NCBI GenBank assembly: GCA_049318005.1
Contig: JBMOHE010000001.1
Span: forward strand, 51,440 to 115,439
Length of the DNA: 64,000 nt
Origin: Patescibacteria group bacterium
Lineage (GTDB): Bacteria; Patescibacteriota; Patescibacteriia; Patescibacteriales; UBA12465
Reading direction: 5' to 3'
Below the pieces are notes generated by a model. That model did not search any database. It saw nothing but the letters and a program-made list of their open reading frames with translations, and was not told the DNA's origin. Each line of letters begins with the position of its first letter. Positions within the stretch are counted from its first letter, which is position 1. Below are positions 46,479-54,242 of the stretch, piece by piece. The position numbers and the translations under genes were made by a program.

Positions 46479-47282
46479 TTATCCGTTTTTATAGAGCTGA
46501 TAACTAACTCTTCCGACCCATTCGGATCGGTACCACTTATCGACTAACAATTCAGATGGCAATTCTAGAGCATCTATAAACTGTCTTACTTTTAGAGCAC
46601 TAATAACAGTTTCCGGTCTTTTGAGTTTGCGAGAGTAAAAGATTTTCTTCTTGCCAGAGAGTCTTCCGTCAAACAATTCTTTAGCAATGTATTTAGATAC
46701 GTATAAACCCACTCGGGACACATGGCGAATATTGTTGATTTTAATAAAACCATAGCTCCATATTTCTTCCAGCCTACTGCTAGCTGTATATGGTAAATTA
46801 GAGAGTAAATGATAGTGAACGTTTCCGCCGCTTTCTTTCTTTATCTTTGTCTTAAAGTAATAATCTCCTTGAAACTCTGGGACGGCTAAATAAAGTAAAT
46901 CAGGATAAAACCTTTTTAGCCTTTTAATAAAGTTAGAAAATATTAAATTGCATTCTCTCATGTCGGTAAATGAGCCAGTCTTTGATTTGCTATTATCAAA
47001 GGTTAAAGTAATAAATACTTTTAGCTCCGGATTGGAATTCACTAGACGAACAATATTGGCTTTTGTCCGTCTTAGAGAAAAATCGCTTTTTACCGCTTGG
47101 TTAAAATCTTCTTGGTCTTTTTCTTCTTCGCTTTTAACGTCTTCAACACTGAGCATTGGTCTTTTTTGTTTTCTCTTTTTTCTCTTATGCCCGACTCTAA
47201 TCGCTTGCTCATAATAGTAGATTTCTATTATATCGCCTGATCTGATTAGCTTGTGCCGATAAGCTCGGATTGGTAAATCCAT
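46479..47282 (-). CDS. rep: HUH-superfamily rolling-circle replication initiator (Rep)
   Basis: Motif I FITLTF, motif II (HUH) NVHYHLL and motif III YVSKYIAKE (catalytic Tyr), in the canonical order and spacing. Confidence 0.7.
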   Translation of the reverse strand: MDLPIRAYRHKLIRSGDIIEIYYYEQAIRVGHKRKKRKQKRPMLSVEDVKSEEEKDQEDFNQAVKSDFSLRRTKANIVRLVNSNPELKVFITLTFDNSKSKTGSFTDMRECNLIFSNFIKRLKRFYPDLLYLAVPEFQGDYYFKTKIKKESGGNVHYHLLSNLPYTASSRLEEIWSYGFIKINNIRHVSRVGLYVSKYIAKELFDGRLSGKKKIFYSRKLKRPETVISALKVRQFIDALELPSELLVDKWYRSEWVGRVSYQLYKNG

Positions 47283-47296
47283 ATGCTTACGGCGTT

Positions 47297-47551
47297 AAGT
47301 GTGCCTATAGTCAAGTTAATAGGGCTACAGGGCACACTTCTTCGTCTTAAATCTCATTTACCGACCGCCCCCATTTTCTTTTTTCGGCTCCCCCAAGGGG
47401 ATGCCGCCAAAAAAAGAAAAAAACGGGGGGCGACCGGTCAAAATATGTTTTACCCCTCAAAGGAACAAAAGGGGTATTTTTGGTCTTATGAGAATAGACC
47501 ACTCGGCCAAACAAAAAACACAAGCGATATATCCGGATATATTGCTCGTGT
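47297..47551. promoter_or_regulatory. palindrome-rich region upstream of rep: candidate replication origin (dso/sso)
   Basis: Four elements: AAGTGTGCC (47297-305)/GGCACACTT (47331-339); a ~80-bp imperfect palindrome 47360-47438 centred on CCCCAAGGGG with poly-T/poly-A arms and G/C-rich outer ends; TACCCCT/AGGGGTA (47451-476); and the 34-bp palindrome ACACAAGCGATATATCC/GGATATATTGCTCGTGT (47518-551). Confidence 0.4.
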
Positions 47552-47755
47552 TTATAGTTGAGTTGGCAAAGATTCAGACTTTGCTTATTATTATATTGAA
47601 GACTGCATTTTTAAATTCATGGACGTAATCTGACTAGCCGTAGCTAGGGTCTATCTTCCTGCCTTATTATTGTTGATTAATAAGTCTATGAGAGTACTAT
47701 AGCAGAAAATTAGGGGAAAATCAATGGGCGAATTTATTGGCAATTTTTAAAGCTT

Positions 47756-47956
47756 TTAATTACGAGGGTCTTCATAGCATGTTTCGTTGCCATATTTATC
47801 TTCATAACAACCATGATTCCCTACCTTAACCCCTTTATTTCCACTTAATCCGGAGATTAAGGTCCAAATCCAAAAACATATAAGAACAACCCCTACAATA
47901 TACCAAAAAATTTTTCCCCAATCTATTTCTTTACTCATATACTTCACGTTAATCAT
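47756..47956 (-). CDS. small single-pass membrane protein
   Basis: 66 aa with TM helix IFWYIVGVVLICFWIWTLISGL and a Cys/Tyr/Glu-rich tail. Confidence 0.4.
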   Translation of the reverse strand: MINVKYMSKEIDWGKIFWYIVGVVLICFWIWTLISGLSGNKGVKVGNHGCYEDKYGNETCYEDPRN

Positions 47957-47997
47957 CTATAAATTTAATAGAATAATATTATCTTAATTTACTATGA

Positions 47998-49308
47998 TTA
48001 ATAGCATTTTACTGAAATTGTACTCACTGCACCAGTGAACAATGTTGAATAGCAACGAATTGGCTTGTATGACCGCAAATTATTATTACTCTGATTTATT
48101 TGATTAATATAATCACTTTGTATTTTATCTTGAGCTACTTTTTGCCTTTCATAAGAAGAAACTGTCTGTAAAAGTTCCCAGTATTTTACCAAAGTAGAAT
48201 CTTCAAGTTTTATATAGCTATTAAAACTGTCCACGAGACTAGCAAAAAATGCAGGATCTGAGGTAGGAGCTTCATCAAATTTAGCATAAGCCTCTACAAC
48301 AGAATTATAAGTTTTAGCATCAATAAAATCGGTAATTTGAACTTCATCGGCTATACCTTTTAATTTTATAGCAGAAGATTTTTTTTCGCTTGATAAATTT
48401 GATAAACTATTTGCCTTTTCTTTTAGCGTGCTAATAGAAGAATTATAATAATTCCCAACATTATATACTATTTTAATAACCTCTAAATCACTAGATGTTA
48501 AAAAATTTGAATTACTATCCGACAAGCCCTGTAAATAACTAGCTCTTGAATTATATAAATCTTTTACTTTATCAATGTAATCTAATAAATACTCATTTTT
48601 CTCAGAATATTTACTTTGAATATTCGCAATGTCTTTTTTATAATTATTACTTTGTGATATTTCAGAATCGCTAGGTTTACAAACAGGGTCTCCCGATGAA
48701 GGGCAATAAAATTTCTTGTCATTTTGGCAAGGTTGCCACTTTTTCCCATTACAATCTAAAAGATTAGAAGTATTTTTATCCGCTGTAGTGGTTTTTATTT
48801 CACTAACTGCAACTGAGCCACCGGCGTTATTGCTTATAGCAGAACTAGAAGTTGCACTTTGCTTATTTGATGATATCTTTTCAATATCTTTATTGGAAAT
48901 ACCTAAGCCTAAATTCCTCATTGCCGTATAAGCCTCTGAGCCATTTTTCAAATAATGAAGATTACCAGAAAAATCAACATAATAAGCCTCGCCTTTTGAT
49001 TCTACTTGTAAAAATATTTTTCCTTTGTGTTTTGAAGCTGCCGTCTTGCTGTTTTTCAATTTTTCCAAATCGCTATTTGTAATTCCAACTCCTAAATTAC
49101 GCATTATATTGTAAGCCTCATCTCCATTTGCCATGTAGTACTTTTCGGCAGTAGACGGATGAACATAATAAGCCTCACCCCTCGATTCTACTTGTAATAT
49201 TATCCTCCCTTTGAGCTTTTGTGCGATAGATGGAGTAGCTGCATTCGCCGGCAATGACGAGAACAGTGTTAACAATAACACCAACATAATTAAAATTTTT
49301 TGTTTCAT
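47998..49308 (-). CDS. secreted protein with duplicated N-terminal ~50-aa domain
   Basis: Signal peptide. KGRIILQVESRGEAYYVHP..YYMANGDEAYNIMRNLGVGITNSDLEKL is repeated as KGKIFLQVESKGEAYYVDF..HYLKNGSEAYTAMRNLGLGISNKDIEKI. The C-terminal 270 aa are unassigned. Confidence 0.55.
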   Translation of the reverse strand: MKQKILIMLVLLLTLFSSLPANAATPSIAQKLKGRIILQVESRGEAYYVHPSTAEKYYMANGDEAYNIMRNLGVGITNSDLEKLKNSKTAASKHKGKIFLQVESKGEAYYVDFSGNLHYLKNGSEAYTAMRNLGLGISNKDIEKISSNKQSATSSSAISNNAGGSVAVSEIKTTTADKNTSNLLDCNGKKWQPCQNDKKFYCPSSGDPVCKPSDSEISQSNNYKKDIANIQSKYSEKNEYLLDYIDKVKDLYNSRASYLQGLSDSNSNFLTSSDLEVIKIVYNVGNYYNSSISTLKEKANSLSNLSSEKKSSAIKLKGIADEVQITDFIDAKTYNSVVEAYAKFDEAPTSDPAFFASLVDSFNSYIKLEDSTLVKYWELLQTVSSYERQKVAQDKIQSDYINQINQSNNNLRSYKPIRCYSTLFTGAVSTISVKCY

Positions 49309-49569
49309 ATTTTTAAATATATTTTTTACACAAAAGGTCTTCCGAAACGGTTAACACACCCTTTCGGATATGCGCCTAGATAGCGAAAACCGGTCAGAAG
49401 ACCATCTCTGCTATCTAGGACTTAAGCCATGCCTTAATAAATTAAGGTTTAGGCCTATTAATTGTACTTAAAATTTATCAAAAAAAGGCCAAAAAGTCAA
49501 TTTATAACTTTTTGACTATTTATATATAGGGTAGTATTATTTAATCAATATTAATTCAAATAACCTTTT

Positions 49570-50019
49570 ATGCAAGATATATTACTAACCTCTAGTTTTA
49601 CAATAATCGGCGGTGTGATTATATTCGTTTTAGGTCAAATAATTGATAGATTTTTAATAAAACCAATTTTTGATCAAAAACAGATAATTGGAGAAATTCT
49701 TGATGCTTTAATTTTTTACGCAAATATTTATTCAAATCCATACACAACAGGTGACCAGAGCAAACACGACGATGCATCTCACAGAATTAGAGGGTTAGCA
49801 TCTAGTTTATTAGTAAAAACTAATTTAGTGCCTGGATATAAACTATTAAGCAAACTTAGAGTAACGATAAAAAGAGATAATATATCAAAGGCTCATACAG
49901 AATTAATAAGACTATCGAATTCGTTATATAGTCACCATTCTCAAGTAATAAATATTGGAATGCAAAATTCCGACACCGCAAACACGATAAAGAAATATCT
50001 CAATAACAATTTTAATTAA
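49570..50019 (+). CDS. hypothetical protein with N-terminal TM helix
   Basis: 149 aa with SSFTIIGGVIIFVLGQII as the TM helix. First of three co-oriented island genes that end with the Abi_2 neighbour. Confidence 0.45.
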   Translation: MQDILLTSSFTIIGGVIIFVLGQIIDRFLIKPIFDQKQIIGEILDALIFYANIYSNPYTTGDQSKHDDASHRIRGLASSLLVKTNLVPGYKLLSKLRVTIKRDNISKAHTELIRLSNSLYSHHSQVINIGMQNSDTANTIKKYLNNNFN

Positions 50020-50143
50020 TTTTTTGGCAATAAAAAAACCTATCGGGTTCGCATGGGCTTCGCAGCCCAGAGGCGTGATAGGTATTGATAATTAAAGTAT
50101 ACATTAATTTGCATAATGTCGCAATAAGATATTGTGGATAAAT

Positions 50144-51046
50144 ATGAAAGAGACTAATATTAAGCTAAAATATGACAAAAAACCATTAACCCTTGATGAG
50201 CAGGTAGGTCTTTTGAAAACCAGAGGGCTAATAATAGAAAGCGAGGAAGAGATAATATATTATTTAACAAATCTAAGCTATTATCATCTTTCTATTTATT
50301 TTAAATATTTTCAAAAAGACGATAAATTTTACGAAGGAATTACGTTCGGAGATATTTTGCGAATTTACATATTTGATAACAAGCTTCGATTTCTTTTATC
50401 TGAGGTGCTAGAGAGAATAGAAAAATCATTCAAGTGCAGGATGGTTTATTCATTATGTGTAGAAGAAGATGATTCTCACTGGCATTTAAATCAAAAATTT
50501 TTTGATTCTGAAGATAATTACTTAGGAATTATAAATATAATAACAGAAAACATTGATAAAAGTCGTGAATTGAGCATATTGCATTATAAGGAAACGTATT
50601 GTGACCCAGTTTTACCACCAATCTGGACAACGCTAGAAATCCTTTCTTTTGGACAATGCTGCCATATATATAATTCATTAAAAAAAGAATACAGAAATAA
50701 AATTTCCAGATCTTTTGGAGAAGATGAAAAGTTCATAAATAATTGGATGCTATGTTCATCTTTATTAAGAAACCATTGTGCTCACTATTCTAGACTGTGG
50801 AACAGAACTTTAACATATACACCAAAAATGAATCATGATTCATATAAAAAATACTTTAATAATGGAAATAAACGGATATATAATTATTTAGTTGTTTTAC
50901 AAATACTATTAAATGAAATAAACCCAACATCATCCTGGTTAGACAAATTAAAGGAACTCATAAATGAATATAAAATTAATGTTAAACAAATGGGTTTTCC
51001 GGAGGATTGGGAAAATAAATTAAAAGAAATAATTACAAATAAGTAA
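50144..51046 (+). CDS. Abi_2 family (AbiD/AbiF-like) abortive-infection protein
   Basis: PLTLDEQVGLLKTRGLII, LSYYHLSIYFKYF, ITFGDILRIYIFDNKLRFLL and LRNHCAHYSRLWNR (HEPN-type R-N-x-x-A-H). The track start at 50132 is a TTG; I prefer the ATG at 50144. Confidence 0.85.
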   Translation: MKETNIKLKYDKKPLTLDEQVGLLKTRGLIIESEEEIIYYLTNLSYYHLSIYFKYFQKDDKFYEGITFGDILRIYIFDNKLRFLLSEVLERIEKSFKCRMVYSLCVEEDDSHWHLNQKFFDSEDNYLGIINIITENIDKSRELSILHYKETYCDPVLPPIWTTLEILSFGQCCHIYNSLKKEYRNKISRSFGEDEKFINNWMLCSSLLRNHCAHYSRLWNRTLTYTPKMNHDSYKKYFNNGNKRIYNYLVVLQILLNEINPTSSWLDKLKELINEYKINVKQMGFPEDWENKLKEIITNK

Positions 51047-51140
51047 AAATCACTCTAAGCACTCTACCCATATTTAACTTCTCCCAATAATCTTACTTTT
51101 TACAAACATTTGTTTTGAGATAGTAAGACTATTAATTATT

Positions 51141-51986
51141 ATGAACAATGAAATCACAAAATTAAATTTAGAAAAGTTTGCTCATGATTCTCATTCATTT
51201 TATAAAGCGACTTATCATATCATGGAAGAAGCGGAAGAAAAGAGGGTTTTGCAATACATATTAACTGATGAAATTAATTCCCAGTATATTTATAGCGATA
51301 AATGTAGAGGTGGCTATTCAACTATGAATTTTTTAAATGAAACTTACCTAACTGGAGACCAGGAAACTTTTTTATCTTTTTTTAACGAAATATTACCGAA
51401 TATAATTAAATATACGAATTGCGCGGAATGGCAAGTTAAAGAAATACATGCTAATTTATTCCCCATAATTTACAAATTTGCTGCTATTATATATAAATCA
51501 AATAACGAGAGTGTATTTAATCTTGATTTTTATTATGATAAAGAAACACATAATTTTAAAAGAAAGTTAGACGAAGTCTCAATGGAATCTATTAATTTTA
51601 ACGATGCAAACTTAGACGGTGATAATAAAACGCGATATCAAGAATGTGTATCTGACTTCCTCTCGTATAAGAAGGATAGTGCAAAAAGCAATAAATTATT
51701 CTACAACGAATCATTAGACAGATTAAAGAGAGTTGTTGAAAATACCTTGCAAAATAAATACAAGAAACCAGACGGAAGTTCCCCAAGGATACATGACAAA
51801 AAGGAACTATCTAACATACTATTCGATAATAACAACCCTGATTTTGAAAATCTTATTGGTTATATAGTAAAGAATGTTCACCACGAAGAAGGTGGAACCC
51901 CTAAAAACTTTAGCGAAAAAGAATATCTATATTTGTGGCTTGAACTGAATAAAATATTATATCTATTAAATAGATATAAAAAGTAA
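51141..51986 (+). CDS. hypothetical protein adjacent to Abi_2
   Basis: 281 aa, no family recognised. The C-terminal IGYIVKNVHHEEGG is weakly reminiscent of the RN..HG motif of Abi_C/HEPN-like domains (Lys instead of Arg). Confidence 0.45.
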   Translation: MNNEITKLNLEKFAHDSHSFYKATYHIMEEAEEKRVLQYILTDEINSQYIYSDKCRGGYSTMNFLNETYLTGDQETFLSFFNEILPNIIKYTNCAEWQVKEIHANLFPIIYKFAAIIYKSNNESVFNLDFYYDKETHNFKRKLDEVSMESINFNDANLDGDNKTRYQECVSDFLSYKKDSAKSNKLFYNESLDRLKRVVENTLQNKYKKPDGSSPRIHDKKELSNILFDNNNPDFENLIGYIVKNVHHEEGGTPKNFSEKEYLYLWLELNKILYLLNRYKK

Positions 51987-52080
51987 GAGGAATTAATCAT
52001 AAAACTTCCGCCCACTTCTCAATTTCCCCAATAATTTCAACTATTTTTTCGGAAACTTGCGACTTTAAGACTACAAATCA

Positions 52081-52112
52081 AAAAATACCCAACTTTCATT
52101 GGGTATTTTTTA
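52081..52112. terminator. bidirectional terminator between convergent 51141..51986 and 52158..52619
   Basis: AAAAATACCCAA-CTTTCA-TTGGGTATTTTTT. Confidence 0.7.
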
Positions 52113-52157
52113 TTAAAATTTAATTTCTGTAAATATTTAAAAATATTTTCTTTAGAA

Positions 52158-52619
52158 TTATTTTATAAGGCGAGAACAATTATTTTTTCCATAGATTCTA
52201 TTCATGCATCCTTGACGAGAAAAAAGATCATTTAAACCAATCACATCAACTAAATATCCAGCAATAATTATGGCGGCCACAAAGCCAACTATAACTATTT
52301 TAAAATTTATTTTATAGGAGAAATCATATTTACGGATTAACCTTAATCCGATTACTAATCCTAGAAATGCTAATATTACCGCCCACCAAGGAAAACTCGC
52401 TAACAGTTGTTCAAAGCGATATTGCCCCATCGGACCGTGTGAACGCAAAGAAAATCTAATCAGACCAAAAAGAAAGACGGAGCTTAGAGCTGATAATATT
52501 AAACTAACAAAAACTAAAACCGAACCAATAATAAAATATAGCTTGGGACGCATTTTTAACTTTCCGTGACGAATTTCGCCCATTATACTATCGGAAATAT
52601 TTTTTAATTCTTTTGACAT
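52158..52619 (-). CDS. membrane protein, putative anti-sigma partner (island copy)
   Basis: Overlaps the sigma gene by 16 nt. The N-terminal GEIRHGKLKMRPKLYFIIG, then TM helices, parallel 1697..2500 (KIKECKICPKPRWQFLL). Confidence 0.45.
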   Translation of the reverse strand: MSKELKNISDSIMGEIRHGKLKMRPKLYFIIGSVLVFVSLILSALSSVFLFGLIRFSLRSHGPMGQYRFEQLLASFPWWAVILAFLGLVIGLRLIRKYDFSYKINFKIVIVGFVAAIIIAGYLVDVIGLNDLFSRQGCMNRIYGKNNCSRLIK

Positions 52620-53146
52620 ATACGTTTAATTAATGTTTTTGCTCTACTTATGCGGGTAGCGACCGTTCCCATCGGCAGTCTCAAAATATCGCTTATTTCT
52701 TCATAAGATTTTTCGTCAATATAATATAAGCGCAACGGTTCGGCATACAACAAAGGCATCTTGGCAAAGCATTTTTCAACTTTAGACGCAATTTCTTGTT
52801 TTTCAAAATTTAACTCAAGATCTTCCTCACTCTTAAAATCTATATTTTCTAAAATTGGCACCTCTCTTCTGTATTTTTTAGCGATATTTATGGCTTCATT
52901 ATGAACAATACGATAAATCCAGCTAGAAAATTTTTTTTTAGTATTAAAGCCCCGTAAATTTATAAAGGCCTTTATAAAAGATTCCTGAACAATATCAGCG
53001 GCATTATGCTCATCTTGAATTAAATTAGTTGCATAACGCAAAAGCTTTTCTTGATATCTTTCTATAATAACAGCATAAAACTCCTGATCTTCAGATCGGA
53101 CGCGCTCAATAATTTCTTCATCAGAAAGTAAGCTATTTTCACTCAT
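52604..53146 (-). CDS. RNA polymerase sigma-70 factor, ECF subfamily (island copy)
   Basis: FSSWIYRIVHNEAINIAKK (region 2) and SYEEISDILRLPMGTVATRISRAK (region 4). Paralog of 2504..3100. Confidence 0.85.
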   Translation of the reverse strand: MSENSLLSDEEIIERVRSEDQEFYAVIIERYQEKLLRYATNLIQDEHNAADIVQESFIKAFINLRGFNTKKKFSSWIYRIVHNEAINIAKKYRREVPILENIDFKSEEDLELNFEKQEIASKVEKCFAKMPLLYAEPLRLYYIDEKSYEEISDILRLPMGTVATRISRAKTLIKRICQKN

Positions 53147-53232
53147 AATATCAATTATAACAAAATCAAACTAACTATACACTAAGCCCCGAATTAATCA
53201 GGGCATAGTGCATAATAATAAACTTTATTGCT

Positions 53233-53640
53233 CTAACGATTCATTCCTCTGCCCGTGCTCATTCTGCCAGCACCTTTGCCACTGCCATTCTGTAATCCAC
53301 AACCAGAACCTGAGCCATTGTTCAAACCCAAACCGAGTTCTTGGCGAATTTTTTGTGCTTCTACTGTTTTGCCTTGTTCTGCTAAATTATGGGCCTCAGC
53401 GAACTTGGCAAAATTGTCTTTATTAATGACCTGCGTAACTCGGCCATTCCCTGTCATAAGATTTTTCCAAGCATTATAGTCTTTATTCTCAAATGCCTGT
53501 TCCATGGCCGCATGACGATCTGCTGAGTAGTTTGGTCCCTTAACACTTGGGTCGCCTTGATAAGCAAAAACAGCGTTAGCGGATAAACCCACGATACCAA
53601 TTATAGCTAAAGCGCCTAAACCTAATGTAATTTTTTTCAT
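53233..53640 (-). CDS. small secreted protein, paralog of 1174..1605 (island copy)
   Basis: Signal peptide, ENKDYNAWKNLMTG..KDNFAKFAEAHNLAEQGK..IRQELGLGL and a Gly/Ser-rich tail. Confidence 0.6.
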   Translation of the reverse strand: MKKITLGLGALAIIGIVGLSANAVFAYQGDPSVKGPNYSADRHAAMEQAFENKDYNAWKNLMTGNGRVTQVINKDNFAKFAEAHNLAEQGKTVEAQKIRQELGLGLNNGSGSGCGLQNGSGKGAGRMSTGRGMNR

Positions 53641-53814
53641 ATATTTTTATAATTTAATAATTTATGGTTATATTCGACCTTTCGCCTCTAATACAAAGCT
53701 GAAAGCTATTTTCTTTCAAACCTACTAATTTACATAACTATCTTTCTAAAATTTCCGCCCACTTCTCAATTTCCCCAATAATTTCATTAAAATTTTGAGA
53801 AATTTCAGAGCGTA

Positions 53815-54040
53815 GGACTACTAATTAAAAAGTGCTCAGCGTTAGCTGGGCATTTTTTAATTAGACGGCGTTAGCCGAGGGGAATCGAACGGGTGGCAAC
53901 GAGCTTAGCCGAAGGTCAGCAGACCGAGGCGTAGCGAGTGCCGACAAAAGCGAGCTGGCGCAGCTTTTGGCGCCACCCCTGGACAACGAAAGAACGAGCG
54001 ACGGCGAGTGATTGAGGCGGAATTCCCCTAGGGACTACTA
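53815..54040 (+). repeat. right 226-bp direct repeat (attR-like)
   Basis: Identical to 44376-44601 by manual comparison (offset 9439 bp). Confidence 0.85.
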
Positions 54041-54077
54041 GTTAAGAAAAGACGTGTTTCAGGACACGTCTTTTCTA

Positions 54078-54106
54078 TTGACATAAACATGAATGCATGA
54101 TATATT
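54078..54106 (+). promoter_or_regulatory. sigma-70-type promoter upstream of 54243..54803
   Basis: TTGACA (54078-83), 17-nt spacer, TATATT (54101-06), leaving a leader of about 135 nt that contains a long hairpin. Confidence 0.45.
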
Positions 54107-54242
54107 AAAAAATCAGTTCTTTAATAGATGTTTATATATTATTCCCCTATTAGCCAAGCAAGGCATGGATTTATGGATTGCTTAGCTAATAAGGGAAAGC
54201 CGAAACCCTAAAACGAAGGCAAAATATAAACTATTAATAAAC

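Larger units (their letters stand above)
44376..54040. mobile_element. integrated element (integrative plasmid / genomic island) at tRNA-Glu
   Basis: Perfect 226-bp direct repeats at both ends. A serine recombinase lies next to the tRNA. It also has an HUH Rep with an ori-like palindrome cluster, an Abi_2 gene and an extra ECF module. One repeat plus the interior is 9439 bp. Confidence 0.8.

Noticed and set aside
47283-47628. ORFs 47283..47561 and 47401..47628 (MPPKKEKNGGRPVK...) in the island.
   Set aside because: They run through the palindrome and homopolymer block upstream of rep and have no coding-like features. An origin/regulatory DNA interpretation fits better.
54190-54215. PreQ1-I-like H-type pseudoknot (AGGG-AAAGCCGAAA-CCCT-AAAACGAAGGC) upstream of 54243..54803.
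   Set aside because: The stem is only 4 bp. The A-rich tail ends 27 nt before the start codon, so it cannot sequester an SD. The downstream gene does not look like a queuosine-pathway gene or transporter.
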